A DNA stretch of 64,000 bases, taken from Felis catus. Lineage: Eukaryota. Below the pieces are notes generated by a model. That model saw only the letters and a program-made list of their open reading frames with translations. It made no database searches and was not told where the DNA came from. The stretch lies in NCBI RefSeq assembly GCF_018350175.1, contig NC_058373.1, positions 105,650,001 to 105,714,000 on the forward strand. Reading direction: 5' to 3'. This document shows positions 50,132 through 62,283 of the stretch, one piece after another (positions within the stretch are counted from its first letter, which is position 1; every line of letters starts with the position of its first letter). Both the position numbers and the translations under genes were made by a program.

Positions 50132-52411
50132 GGTACCGAGTTAGCAGGTAGGCGCAGGGCAGAGTTTATTTGGTGGCTGCAGCCATTCAGAACTCAATCT
50201 TCCCCATTCCCCAGTAAGCTAGAGATTTCCTGTCAGGAATATTTTTTCTTTAGCTTTGAGAATTCAGAGAATGATCGAGAAAAACCGCGAACTCGGCGTG
50301 CTCTCAGCTTCATTTCCCATCCTCTTCTCTGCTCTCCAAGGTGGTGAGGCTGAACCTGCCTGCAAGGCCGATTCTTAGACTCTCATGTTAGTTGGTTTCT
50401 GGCTTTTGAGCCTTGCAAGATACTGGCCAGAGGCTATAGTGTGGGGTTAGGAGTAGGGGTGCAGGAGGAAGGGTACACACAGGACAGCTCTCTGCTTTGA
50501 ATGGCTTCTCCAGCAGTGACTGCTTCTTTCCTTTGGCTCAGCTCCCACTGGACAGGTCGGCTGTGGTACCAGCTACTGTCTGGTGACCTTGGCTCTGGGT
50601 TCTTGGGACCTCCATTTACATCCCTTTGTCTCTCTGCTGTTGTTTATCTCTGCCTGGCTTCACTATCTCTTGTTTGGCTTCCAGCTCTTCTATCACCCCT
50701 GTAACTATCTCCCAGCATGGATTTCTCTTTAAAAAAAGATAGTGGTTTCCTTGTTGGACCCTGACTATTACAAGTAGATGGGTGGGAAGAAAGCAAGTAT
50801 ATTTAAATACTTTTCAACCAATAAATACAGGGAAGATTTGTTACTACATTACCTTGGAAACAAGCTGACTTGCTTAACACAAACATTTGGAAGCCACTCA
50901 TAATTAGACCTTTATCGTCTCAACAATGTAAAATAGTTTTGAAATCTGAAAGTCAAGGCAAATGTATTAGGTATGCAACAGAGAAAGATGGAAGGGCTCC
51001 CAGTATTCCCTTTCACCCCATCTTGCAGGGCTCATGTTCACTGCCTGTATTACTTCTTCCCCTTTGGCTCCCTGTGCAGAAAAAGAGCAGGGGTATGGGT
51101 AGATGTGAGTAAAGCATTCTCTGGAACTTCTTGGGTTCTTTTGTTCCTTTGCCTCAAGGGCTGAGTGAGTGAGACAGATTTATTTGTGCCGGGAAAACTG
51201 TATGTTGTGGTAAGCAACTCCCTCTTTTTTCTTGGCTCCATTAGGCCCTCATTCTATTGGAGTCTGAGGTTTGAGTAAAAATGCAAAAACATACTTTCTA
51301 TTATGATCTGCAGTTTTTCAGAGGAGAACCCTCATAAATGTTCAATACAGCTTTTATATATGAGATGCATAAAATGCGGTAAATATACACACAGTCATTT
51401 GTGTTGTTGCTGCTCTGAAAAGCATGCTTTAAAAACTAGAATTTCAAAGTAGCCTACTTGAGGACATTTAATTCCACCTGGGACGTGGGTGGCACGAGAC
51501 CCAGGGGCAGCTCAGGCACTGTATTGACTTTGTGCACCTTTAGCCACAAGGCAGGAATTCACAGCAAACCAGCTTCTTAGTATAGTTCCAATAAAATCAG
51601 AAGCATCCAGGCCAGTTATAAAACAAGGCTTTCATTTATAGAAGGAAAGTGTTATATAGAGTGATATTCAACTGCTGAAGAAGCCATCTTGATTCATTTG
51701 ATAGCAACAGCCTGTTGGAATTTTCTGGGCGCTTTACAGGTCCCTAAACCTTCTAAATGAACAAAACTGACATGAGTTGTGTTACTTACCTATACTTAAC
51801 AAAAATGAGCTTATCCCCAACTGTACTTTAAAAAAGGTAAAAAGATGTATTTCAAAGAGTCATTTATGGATTTAAAAAGATTATTTCCCATACCAGAGCC
51901 TAAGAGGCACAGAATACCATACAATTCAAACAAGGGCTTTTGTAGTAGTTCCACTGCTTAGAATTCTTCAGCTAGCACGATGCTCATGTGACAAGATGAT
52001 TTGTTGAGACGTTATTTTTCCGATGTTCCTCTTTTCTCTAGTTTCGAGCAGCGAGGCAGTTTTCGGTGTTCTCTTGACCCAGGAGATGTCCCTGTCTCTT
52101 GTCAGCAGCCTTACCTCATTAAGGGGATTATGTTGGGGGTGTGCAAGGGGAAGAGTTGGATAAGTGTATGCTCCTTCTCACTGGTGTATCTACTACTAAG
52201 TAAAGCAGAGGAGGGACAATGCAATTCCCATGACATACTTTCCAGAACTGAAATGCACAATAGCAGCTTATTGAATGAAGAAAGTAAGGTCAAGAGAAGC
52301 TAAGTAGCTTCTTCATGGTCACACAGTTAGTAAGTGCTATAACAGAACTTGAAATCTTATAACAAATACAAAATAAATATGAAATAATAAGGGTTAACTG
52401 TGATTGTTAGC

Positions 52412-52457
<46 letters not shown>
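52412..52457. repeat. (TCTA)n tetranucleotide microsatellite
   Basis: Directly visible. Confidence 0.97.
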
Positions 52458-52849
52458 ATTAACCCCGTGACCCCCAGTTCTATCCCTAAAACTCAATTTT
52501 CTTCATGTATTCTGTGAACATAACAACACTCCTTGGGATGTGGAGAGCTGATATTTGCAGATCAAAAAGTCATGATCATTGCTTAAAGTACACCACCAAC
52601 CTTATTCCATTTCCTTTTCCTTATTTCCCATAATCAAATAATACAAGCTACCAAAACATTTTTCTAAGCTACCATTTAAACCTATCACTTTCTGCTGTCC
52701 TCTCTCCTTTACCTATCTCCCCCTAGCTTGCCCCCAATTCTCCACTCCTTTCCCCACCCCACCCCCAACACATAATTCCTGGTAGGTTGGCTGGAGGTTG
52801 AAACAGTCCCGTGTTACATGGCTTCTGTCTTCAACAGTCCTGAACTCTT

Positions 52850-53069
52850 TTTTTCTTTAAATCTATATTTAAATGTTTATTTTGAGAGAGAGAGAGAGCA
52901 AGCAGGGGAGGTGCAGAGAGAGAGGGAGAGAGAGAATCCCAAGCAGGCTTGCCCTGTCAGCAAGGAGTCTGAATCAGGCTCAGTCTCACAAACTGTGAAA
53001 TCATGACCTGAGCTGGGCACTTAACCAACTGATTCGGGCACTTGACCAACTAAGCCATCCAAGTGCCCC
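52850..53069 (-). mobile_element. Can-SINE with an internal tandem duplication
   Basis: TSD AACAGTCCTGAACTCTT / AACAATCCTGAATTCTT. Confidence 0.92.
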
Positions 53070-53099
53070 AACAATCCTGAATTCTTATTGTCATTGGGA

Positions 53100-53270
53100 G
53101 TTTGTTTGTTCATTTATACCAACAATTGAGAATAATTCACATGCCAAAACGTCCATTCTTTTAAAGTGTATAATTCAGAGGTTTTTTAGTATATTTAGTG
53201 TTGTGTAATCATAACCACTAATTTTAGAATATTTTCATTACCACAAAAGAAACCCTGTACAATCCCATAT
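53100..53270 (-). mobile_element. Old L1 3' fragment
   Basis: TTTAAAGTGTATAATTCAGAGGTTTTTTAGTATATT...TTTTAGAATATTTTCATTACC. Confidence 0.75.
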
Positions 53271-53357
53271 TTTATAGATATTATAAAAAATATCTGAGAA
53301 CTGATTATTGCAATTACACGTGGATATCAGGTAATCTACAGAACAAATACTTTTTTA

Positions 53358-53611
53358 TTTTTTACTTTTTATTTTTATTTTTATTTTTATTTTTTTTTTA
53401 ATTTTTTAACGTTTTTATTTATTTTTGGGACAGAGAGAGACAGAGCATGAACGGGGGAGGGGCAGAGAGAGAGGGAGACACAGAATCGGAAACAGGCTCC
53501 AGGCTCCGAGCCATCAGCCCAGAGCCTGACACGGGGCTCGAACTCACGGACCGTGAGATCGTGACCTGGCTGAAGTCGGACGCTTAACCGACTGCGCCAC
53601 CCAGGTGCCCC
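53358..53611 (-). mobile_element. Young felid Can-SINE (SINEC_Fc type) with 15-bp TSD
   Basis: ACAAATACTTTTTTA at 53343 and 53612. Confidence 0.97.
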
Positions 53612-53709
53612 ACAAATACTTTTTTAAAACAAACTTTTTTTTTTAATACTTTGTAGAGCTGTTTGTTTACTTGGCGAAACAGCCTAGAATAGAAAGTTCA
53701 CGTTCATGT

Positions 53710-54545
53710 CCTATGTCCCAACAATCCTATCTCTAGCTTTTTGTGCAATAGAAATGTAAGACTATGTGAACTAGAAGATAGGTATGAGAAAGTTCATAGC
53801 AGCATTATTTATAACAGCCTTAAACTAAAAACAGCCAAATGCCCATCAACAATAGAGTGGATAAATTAATTATGGTGTATTCATAAAATTGAATGCCTTA
53901 TCAGGGCACCTGGGTAGCTCAGTGGATTAAGCATCTGACTTCAGCTCAGGTCAAGATCTCACAGTTCATGAGTTCAAGCCCTGCATTGGGCTTTGTGCTG
54001 ATAGCTCAGAGCCTGGAGCCTGCTTCAGATTCTGTGTCTCCCTCTCTCTCTGCCCCTCCCCTGCTCGTGCTCTGTCTCTCTGTCTCTCAAAAACAAGTGA
54101 ATATTAAAAATTTATTTTTAAAATTGAATGTCCTATAGCAATAAAAATTACAAACTATAACCATATGCAATAGCACATAAAAATTAAAAATTTCACAAAA
54201 ACAGTATTGGACCAAATGGCTGCTGTATTATCCCTTTGATATGAAGTCCTTCCAAAAGGAAAAAAAGAAACTATAGTGTACTAACTTATATATAATACTT
54301 TCTAGAGTACAAGTATAATGAAAAACAAGGGAGTGATTACTATATATGTTAGTACAGTGATTACCTTTGGGGTGGGATGAGGGGGTTGTGTTTGGCATGG
54401 GATGCTAGTAGGGTTCTATTTCTTCATCTGGGTAGTGCCTATAGAGGTATGTGCATCATGCTATTTTATTAGGCTTTTACATTTGTTTATAAAATGTTTA
54501 TATTTTATGTACTTTTTAGTTTGCATATCAAATAATAATAATAAA
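53710..54545 (+). mobile_element. Old L1M 3' fragment interrupted by a SINE
   Basis: GTTCATAGCAGCATTATTTATAACAGCC...AAATGCCCATCAACAATAGAGTGGATAAAT. Confidence 0.8.
53903..54118 (+). mobile_element. Can-SINE
   Basis: TSD TAAAATTGAATG(CCT/TCC)TAT. Confidence 0.94.
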
Positions 54546-55299
54546 GGCAGCATGGGGAATCTAGCTGGTTAACCTATACACCTGATATGAGGAGAAGGTA
54601 TTGAGCAACCTCATAGCCTCACAAAGCCAAAGCTACCAAGAAAGGAGTAAATCTCAGGCCTGTGGTTTTCAAGCTAGGCTCCAACCCCTGCAGAGCTCTG
54701 TGAGGATGCCTGAAGAGCTCTGTGGAGATGCCCCCAGGACTGCCTTGGTCAACAAAGGAATGGAGGCAACTTCTAGATTTCCATCCTCGTTTAAAAAGCA
54801 ACTTTACTTATATCTGTTTTATACCCTTTGGTATATAATTTCCATTGAAAGGGGAGTTCTAGTCTTGAACCCCACTGCTGCAGTGTCTATTAACATTTTA
54901 AATGTGCATACTCTTTTGAGGAATTCTATTTTGAGGAATCCATTATACGGAAATATTGTAAAATGTACAAAGATACACGTATGAGGGTGTTCTCCATGAT
55001 ATTTCAAAAAAATAAAAAAAACAACAACAGAAGTGTTAATTAATTAAATATATGATTGTATGTTCATATATGGTGGGCGATTAAACCATTACAGTAGAAT
55101 GCAGCATATCCAGATGAGTGCTTCTCTATCTTCTATCAGCCAGTGACTCCTCTTTGTAATGAATATTTTGTAATTCCCCCTTTACTATTGCAAAACAAAA
55201 TGCACAGATAAGATAACCTTAGGTAATTAGTTTTTTAGAAACCAATATTGCATTTAACTAAAATATGAGGTAGAAATGAAGGAAAAGCAATTATATCTG

Positions 55300-56043
55300 A
55301 GATGTATTTATTCTGTGTGTCCACTTGATTGGGGCACAGAGTGCCCAGATATTTATTTGGTCAGTCACTATTCTGTGTGTGTCTGTGAGGGTATTTTCGG
55401 ATGAGATTAACGTTGTTTAAATTTTTGTTAAGTTTATTTGTTTATTTTGAGAGAGAGACAGAGCACATGAGCAAGGGAGGGGCAGAGAGAGAGAGAGGGA
55501 GAGAGAGAGAATCCCAAGAAGGCTCCACACTGCCAGCACAGAGCCTGATGTGGGGCTCAGACCCACGAACTGTGAGATCGTGAACTGAGCCAAAGTCAAG
55601 AGCCAAGTCAAGACCGGATGTTTAACCTGCTGAGCCACCCTGGCGCCCCTGGAGAGGACTAACATTTAAATCAGCAGACTAAATAGAGCAAATTGTCCTT
55701 CCTGTGGTAGGTGAGCTTCATTCCATCAGTTGGAGGCCTGAATAGAACAAATAGGCTGATTCTCCCTAGGTAAGAAGCAATTCCTCCTGCCTCACTGCCT
55801 TCAAACTGGGACATGTTGTTGTTGTTATTCTTGTTGCTCTTGTTGTTCTTCCCACCTTTGGACTTGAATTGAAATGTCAGCTCTTCCTGGGTCCCAACCC
55901 TGCTGGCCTTCAGACAAGAACTACGCCATTGGCTTTTTGGGGTTGCCAAGTCACTCTTGGGACTTGTCAGCGTCTATAACCACGTGAGTCAATTCCTTAC
56001 AATAAATCTCTTTACATTAATCAGGAGAACCCTGATGAATACA
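55300..56043 (+). mobile_element. ERVL LTR (MLT2B-like) interrupted by a SINE
   Basis: TGTGTGTCCACTTGATTGGG...GTCTGTGAGGGTATTT...GGAGAACCCTGATGAATACA. Confidence 0.85.
55415..55649 (-). mobile_element. Can-SINE
   Basis: Standard body ending TGAGCCACCCTGGCGCCCC. Confidence 0.94.
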
Positions 56044-56296
56044 ATATCTTATTTAATTATGTAAATGTTCAGGCACAATGAAATTACCAGGTAAAAGAGT
56101 GCTATCTGATGCTTTGAAGCAATAGCTACAAATGCAGACAAGTCGCATAGATATGATTCCAAACAAAAGAAATGCAAAGTTCTCTCCCTTTATAGTAATC
56201 GTATTTTTTGAAAATTCAGAAAGCATCATGTACATTAAAATGGTGGTTTGTGTTCACTTGAATAACAACGTAAGGTCCTTGCCTCAAATAATTCTA

Positions 56297-56373
56297 AATT
56301 CACAAACTGTGCGTGAGATCATGACCTGAGCGGATGTCAGATACTTAACCGACTGAGCCACCCAGGTGCCCCT
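56297..56373 (-). mobile_element. Can-SINE head only (tail missing)
   Basis: GAGATCATGACCTGAG...CTGAGCCACCCAGGTGCCCC with no (GA)n tract or poly(T). Confidence 0.85.
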
Positions 56374-56635
56374 GTTTATTCTAGTTTAATAACTATAACC
56401 ATTTAGGAAATCTCTCTGCCATAAGCAAGGGCCAAGCAGCTTGTATGCAGACATACCGAGGTCTTTTTTTTCTCGGCTAATGCCTACTCAGAGAACTATG
56501 TAATTAGAATTACGCTTTGGTGAAGAGCCACTGTTTTGTATTTTTATTTGTGTGTGTAGATGGGAAAGAATCTCCGACTCACTGGGGAGGGCACATTGTC
56601 CCAACCGTGGGGAAGAAAATAAAACTCTGACTTTT

Positions 56636-56859
56636 TTTTTTTTTTAATTTTTGAAAATTAATTCGCTCATTTTTGAGAGAGACGGAGCATGAGCAGGGGA
56701 GGGGCAGAGAGAGAGAGGGAGACACAGAATCTGAAGCAGGATCATGAAGGCTCTGAGCTGTCAGCACAGAGTACGATGCGGGGCCTGAACTTACAAACCA
56801 CGAGATCACGACCTGAGCTGAAGTCGGAGGCTTAACTGACTGAGCCACCCAGACGCCTC
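56636..56859 (-). mobile_element. Can-SINE
   Basis: TSD AAAACTCTG(A/G)CTTTT. Confidence 0.94.
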
Positions 56860-57277
56860 AAAACTCTGGCTTTTAAAAGCTGGCCATAACTGAAGCAAAA
56901 GGCAGCTGGCATTGTCAACGGAAGAGCACCTGGCGTCCCTGTGGTGTAACCATAGCTGCCATCGCTGGGGCATCCTAGCAGGAAACACGTGTGAAAATGA
57001 TCACCTTTCTTAGGAATTTGTAGGTATAAAAATCAACTCACTGTACTCGTAAACTAGAAGAAATGCAGGATAGGCTCATTCAAAATTGGGACGATCGTGC
57101 AGCATCATTTGGAACAGAGAAACTTTTAAACTGGCAAAGGGGGACACACATGCAGTGCTGAGGCCACTGTTCTCTTTGAGTTTGGGAACTAATAGATTTT
57201 TCCTCCATGGTTCATTTCCTGCTTATCTGTATATTGCAGCACGTACCTCCCCCTATCAAAACGTGGCTTCAAAACCA

Positions 57278-57296
57278 ACACCTGCAGGGGGCGTTT
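57278..57296 (+). promoter_or_regulatory. Candidate CTCF site
   Basis: CCTGCAGGGGGCG resembles the CTCF core CCASYAGRKGGCR; unique sequence with the CpG retained. Confidence 0.4.
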
Positions 57297-59179
57297 TGCA
57301 ATCAAAGCTCTAAGTACAAGGTGATGCTGAAAAGCAAATATATATTCTGGGGATCTTGATTTGCTTTCAATTTTCCATGCTTTGGTGCATGAATGATGTT
57401 GGGTTATTTAAAATCATTTCCAAGGAGTCTTTTAAAAATATTTAAGCTACAGAGTTCAAAGTGCATATACAATTTAATTCTGCTAAAATAAACCATAGCC
57501 ATGTGAACTTGAAAAGATCTAGACTTTTATTTTGATGTTGATTATTTATTAAGAAGTCAAACAGTCATCTATTTAATCAAAGGGCATTTGCTTCAAATTG
57601 CTTCCATCCATTGTCCTTACCATGAAAGACTGATTGTGCTTTGAACTAGGCTCCTTTTTTTTATGGGAGAGATAAAGAAAAATTCTTATAAAAGAACATG
57701 CACATCAAAGAATCAGCTCCCTAAAACATTTTCCTTTTATACATGTTGGCTACATGCCTACATCTGTTCATAAATTGATATGCAATCTTTTTTTGTGTAC
57801 ATTTGCCATTACTGAATGTTACCTCCTTCAAAGATGAAAATACCAATAGATTGGAAAGTAAACTTAAGATGAGAAATAGTATAGAAAAGTCTGTGGCTTA
57901 TGGCTATTTGTTGTCTTGTGTCTTTGCATTAGGTCTATCATAACCTTCTGTTTAATCTGAGATGGAGTCTTTAATAATTTATTAGCAAATAAAAATATGA
58001 TGAGAAGTGGCCAAAACCAAGATATGAGAATGTACCAGAAATCTGGCATTGACTATAATATTTACTAAAAACACCTTATTTTCTGGCTAGGCCCAATTAG
58101 ATCCCAGATCCTCATCTTAGGTAGCAGTTGAGATAAAAGAAAAAAATTGTCCACAAACGACATGAAGGAATGCAAAACAGAGGAATCTTGATTATTTTTT
58201 CCCCTTCCAAACAACCCAGGGGAAGGAGAATTTTGCAAATGGAGACTGAAATAAGAAATGGATGGGGAAAAGTTCTCTGAAAGAGTAAAGTGGAGGAGGG
58301 GGTGGGAAAGCCTTGACGGAGGTTCCTCGTAACAGACAAGGGTCAGTGAACTTTAGGCACGAGAGCATCTAAAATTAAAAATCAAGTGTTTCATTTCCCT
58401 CTCTTGGAATTTTCCCCATCACCACCAAATCTTTCATATGTCAGATACTTACAACACTGTGATAGTGCCACTTTGGGGAATGAAGTGAGATCTTCGGATT
58501 GGGGCCATCGATGCCAAGAGAGAATTAAGGTTGCCAGAAGTGGTAAGATCACTAAAGGAAACAGATCACTTAAGCAAGAGTAGGAATTCAAAACAAAAGG
58601 AGACATTTGTGCAAACAGTCGGGTCTGGGGATCCTCAGAAACACCAGCAGAGGACACATGTAGAGGATGGAATTATATTTCTCATATCATCATTCAGTAG
58701 GACTGCTGAGGGTCACAGTTGACTGACAGTTTCCAGCCGCCTCACCTAGAGCCACATGGCACTCACACCCAAGCCACGCTTCCCAGACTGCTCCCGTCCA
58801 ATGACTAAGCCAGTGACCAAGCAAGGTATCCTAACTAAGCCAATGACTTGAGCTGGGCCATGCCTCCCTCCTGTGGGACTCCTTAGAGGCAGTCTTCCCT
58901 GGGGCCCTCCACCAGCCCCTCTGAGGCTTTCTCTGAACTACACTGTCGTCTGAGCCTCTTCCCACCCAATCCTTCCCTACCTCTCTCCTTCTGCAGGAGT
59001 TACCTGCAGGGCAATCTGAAGGCTCTCCATACCTACCCCTGCTCCCTTCCCTTCCTCCTCCCCCAGGAAACCTCTTGCATGGCTAACACAATTTAGTGTG
59101 TACTTCTTGAAGGACCTAGACTAACATAGGTGGTACCAAGTGTTGGGTCTGGGAAAACGGACATTAAGACAGGGCTTGG

Positions 59180-59394
59180 GGGGTGCCTGGGTGGCTCAGT
59201 TGGTTAAGCGTCCAACTTTGACTCAGGTCATGATCTCACAGTTCATGGGCTCGAGCCCCGCGTTGGGCTCAGTGCTGACATCTCAGAGCCTGGAGCCTTC
59301 TTCAGATTCTGTGTCTCCCTCGCTCTCTGCCCCTCCCCCACTCATGATCTGTCTCTGTCTCAAAAATAAATAAAACATTAAAAAAAAAAAAAAA
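59180..59394 (+). mobile_element. Can-SINE inserted in the ERVL leader
   Basis: TSD AAGAC(A/G)GGGCTTGG. Confidence 0.95.
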
Positions 59395-60702
59395 AAGACG
59401 GGGCTTGGGACTGGCACCCTCACTGGCTAGCTGGCACAAAGGGCTCTATCCTGAATAGAATGTGGGGGCCGTGATAGAGTCTCTGGCACGAGGTGAGAGC
59501 CCAGTTGCTGAAGGTTTCCCCAATGGTGACCTTAGAAAATGTCCCATTAGAGAGAAATGCAGTGATTCTGACATGTGAAAGATATCAGGGAGTAATGCCT
59601 ACAAGGAGTGGAATTGCCTTATTTTTAACAAGCCATATTGATGTCCTTTGATGGGATAATGAGAAATTGAGGGCAGTTAACAAACCATTAAAGGCTAAGT
59701 GTGTGAGCCAGAGGGCCCTGACAGCTTAAGAAAAGATCTTTATCTTCTAAAATGGAAGAGTAAAAACAGCCCAGGAGCAGAAAGAAGCTATGACAGAGTC
59801 ACAGAGCTCCAGCGATGTTTAAATGCTCAGACCAGACAGGTCTTTCGTGCTAAGGTCAGGGCCTTGGCTGGGAACCCCTGGGACCCTGAACACTCAGGGC
59901 TTTCAGAGGTGGCTACCCTTCCCTAGTAGGGAGCTATCCCCCCTCCTGCCTGTGATTGCTAGTGCAGAGACATTTCCCCTGCGAGGAAACAGGTGCTCCT
60001 GCTCAGGAGCTACTCCTGCCTCCTCTCCTGGCTACCAGAGTGATGAGCAGGGCTAAATAAATCTTCACGTGACCTGGACAGGGATGTACGGGGCCTGATA
60101 AGAGAAAGGAGGAAATTACACCCTAAAAGAATTATAAGAATTCACCAGCATGTACCATTAAGAATGAGTGGATTACCCCTGGAATTAGATTGAGAGGGTG
60201 CTTGATCAAGAGGGTTGGAACAAAAGAATGGTTAAGGGAGAATTCATTGATTTGGGGGGCTCTGGTGAGGCCCCAGAGGATCAGGTAAACTCACGGTTAG
60301 GGTGGCTCTTAGAAGACTAGAGATGGCTGATGCCGGGTCAAGTGGAGAGGCCAGAGTTATTCTGGCCAGCAGAAAAGGGGAGCAAAACAGGAGGAAGAAG
60401 CTGCTGGAAGGGAGCGTGCCGGCGTGGATGTGTCGTGGAAGGCCAAAAGGTTTCGAGTTTGAGCCCTTCACATCTATCTACTCGCACCAAGACCACACTT
60501 CTCCGGGTCACTCCCGGGCTGGAACTCAGTGTGGGTACCTGAGCTGAACCCGCCCAGCATGAGGCTCCTCTACCACACAGAGCCCAGACTTTCTCAGAAC
60601 TGCACTGCGATTTAGGGTCCCCTAGCCAATCCTTCCTTTTCTGCTCTCATTTTATAGATCCCAGACCTGCACTGTGGACTGAAGTCTCTCCCTATCATTT
60701 CT

Positions 60703-60901
60703 TTATTTTATTTTTTTTATTTTGAGGAACAGTGAGAGTGAGCACAGGGGAGGGGCAGAGAGAGAGAGAATAGGAAGCAGACTCCAGGCTGTCAGCACAG
60801 AGCCTGACTCGGGGCTGGGGCTGGAACTCATGAACCGTGAGATCATGACCTGAGCCAGAATCAAGAGTGAGAGTCTTAACCAGCTGAGCCACCCAGGTGC
60901 C
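60703..60901 (-). mobile_element. Can-SINE inserted in the 3' LTR
   Basis: TSD TCTCTCCCTATCATTTCT / TCTCTCCCTACCCATTTCT. Confidence 0.94.
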
Positions 60902-61089
60902 TCTCTCCCTACCCATTTCTGCTGCCTTCTCCACGTTCACAAGCATTTCCACCACCAAATCTCTTGTGTGTCTAATCTCACTTCGGACTGCTTCTTAGAG
61001 GACGTGAACTGCCGAAGAGCACAACTCAGCTACATGTGACACGTTTTACTGGCGCCTTTATTTCCCGAGCATGCACCACACCTCCCTGT

Positions 61090-61629
61090 CTCCTTGTGTG
61101 TCCAGCAGTTTTTGTTGAAATCTGGACATTTCATATAATATATTAGTGCAACTCTGGATTCTCATTTTTCCGCTCATGAAGATTGTTGTTGTTACGGTTT
61201 TGCTTATTTCTTTGTTTCGTGCTTTCCCGGGCAAGATCTGTGAAATCGGTCTCCTCTCTGGTCTGTGAATGCCGATGTCTCTGCTTCATGGGTTTTTTGT
61301 TTGTTTGTTTTGTTTTTAAAAATCTTCTGGTTTTTATTTTTAACCTTGCTTCTGTGAAGTCACCCCTGTGTCTGCATTGCCTTGGTTAGACAGAGGTTGG
61401 ATCGGGGTCGTACTCAACCACTTCAAGCCCGTAAGGCTTCTGTTCTCTGCCGATAAATATATATGAGAGTACAGGGGGGCGACATTCAAAGCTCATGCCA
61501 TGTTCAAGTATGCCCAGGCTTCTGCCCTTTGCTGGGCCCTTTTATGTTCAGCTTCAGTGTGAGCGAGGCATTGTAACTGGTTTGGGTTTTCTCCATTAGA
61601 AGCGGCACGCGTGCGCGCGCGCGTGCGCG

Positions 61630-61668
<39 letters not shown>

Positions 61669-62130
61669 GAAATATGCCTTCTCCCACAATGACTACAAAC
61701 TCAGGCTGGCAGAGCTGTGAGCCTTTCCTACTCAACTAGGGCTGTGTTGTCACTCTTAGCAATAACACTGCTGGGTGCAGGCTTTTCCCACCACACCTCA
61801 TTGAGGAAGCCCCTTCCCCCAGTCGGGGAGAAGCTGCTGGTCCTTAGGACCTGCCCTGCCCTGGAAAGCCTCCTTGTCCACCGAGCTGGAGGAGGGATAG
61901 GGGCGGCCAAGCCCAGAGAGCACCACAGATTCCTATGTTCCTACTTGGGAAGTTAAGCAGATTTTCAAATATAAATGCTTCTCGGATTGTTGCGTGCTTT
62001 TGTTCATTTTCAGACTGTTAAAAGGTGATTTTTTTTGTTTGCTGTTTTTTCCAGCTTTATAGTTGCTTTTCAGGTAGCAGATTTGCCAGTCTCCTCACTT
62101 GGCTATAACTGGGAATTTCATCTCTAAAAC
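61090..62130 (-). mobile_element. Old L1M 5'-region fragment
   Basis: TTTTTGTTGAAATCTGGACATTT and TTAAGCAGATTTTCAAATATAAATGCTTCTCGGATTGTTG resemble antisense L1MC/MD 5' sequence. Confidence 0.55.
61605..61667. repeat. (CG)n(CA)n alternating purine-pyrimidine microsatellite
   Basis: Directly visible. Confidence 0.97.
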
Positions 62131-62133
62131 AGT

Positions 62134-62136
<3 letters not shown>

Positions 62137-62215
<79 letters not shown>

Positions 62216-62245
62216 TTGAGAGAGAGAGAGTGTGAGTGGGGGAGG

Positions 62246-62283
<38 letters not shown>

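Larger units (their letters stand above)
58659..61015 (+). mobile_element. Internally deleted class III (ERVL) provirus: LTR16-like 5' LTR, PBS, gag remnant, 3' LTR
   Basis: 5' LTR ends GGACCTAGACTAACA (about 59126) and is followed by a TGGTACCA PBS-like site; gag-like RVTELQRCLNAQTRQVFRAKVRALAGNPWDPE; a second homologous LTR ends CTTCTTAGAGGACGTGAACT. Confidence 0.75.

Noticed and set aside
51784..51845. 31-nt minus-strand micro-exon with an AG|GTAAGT donor
   Set aside because: A competing AG sits in the acceptor tract, it is very short, and there is no other support.
59699..59926. 75-aa gag-like ORF as a domesticated gene
   Set aside because: It is short, has a non-ATG start and is surrounded by stops and frameshifts.
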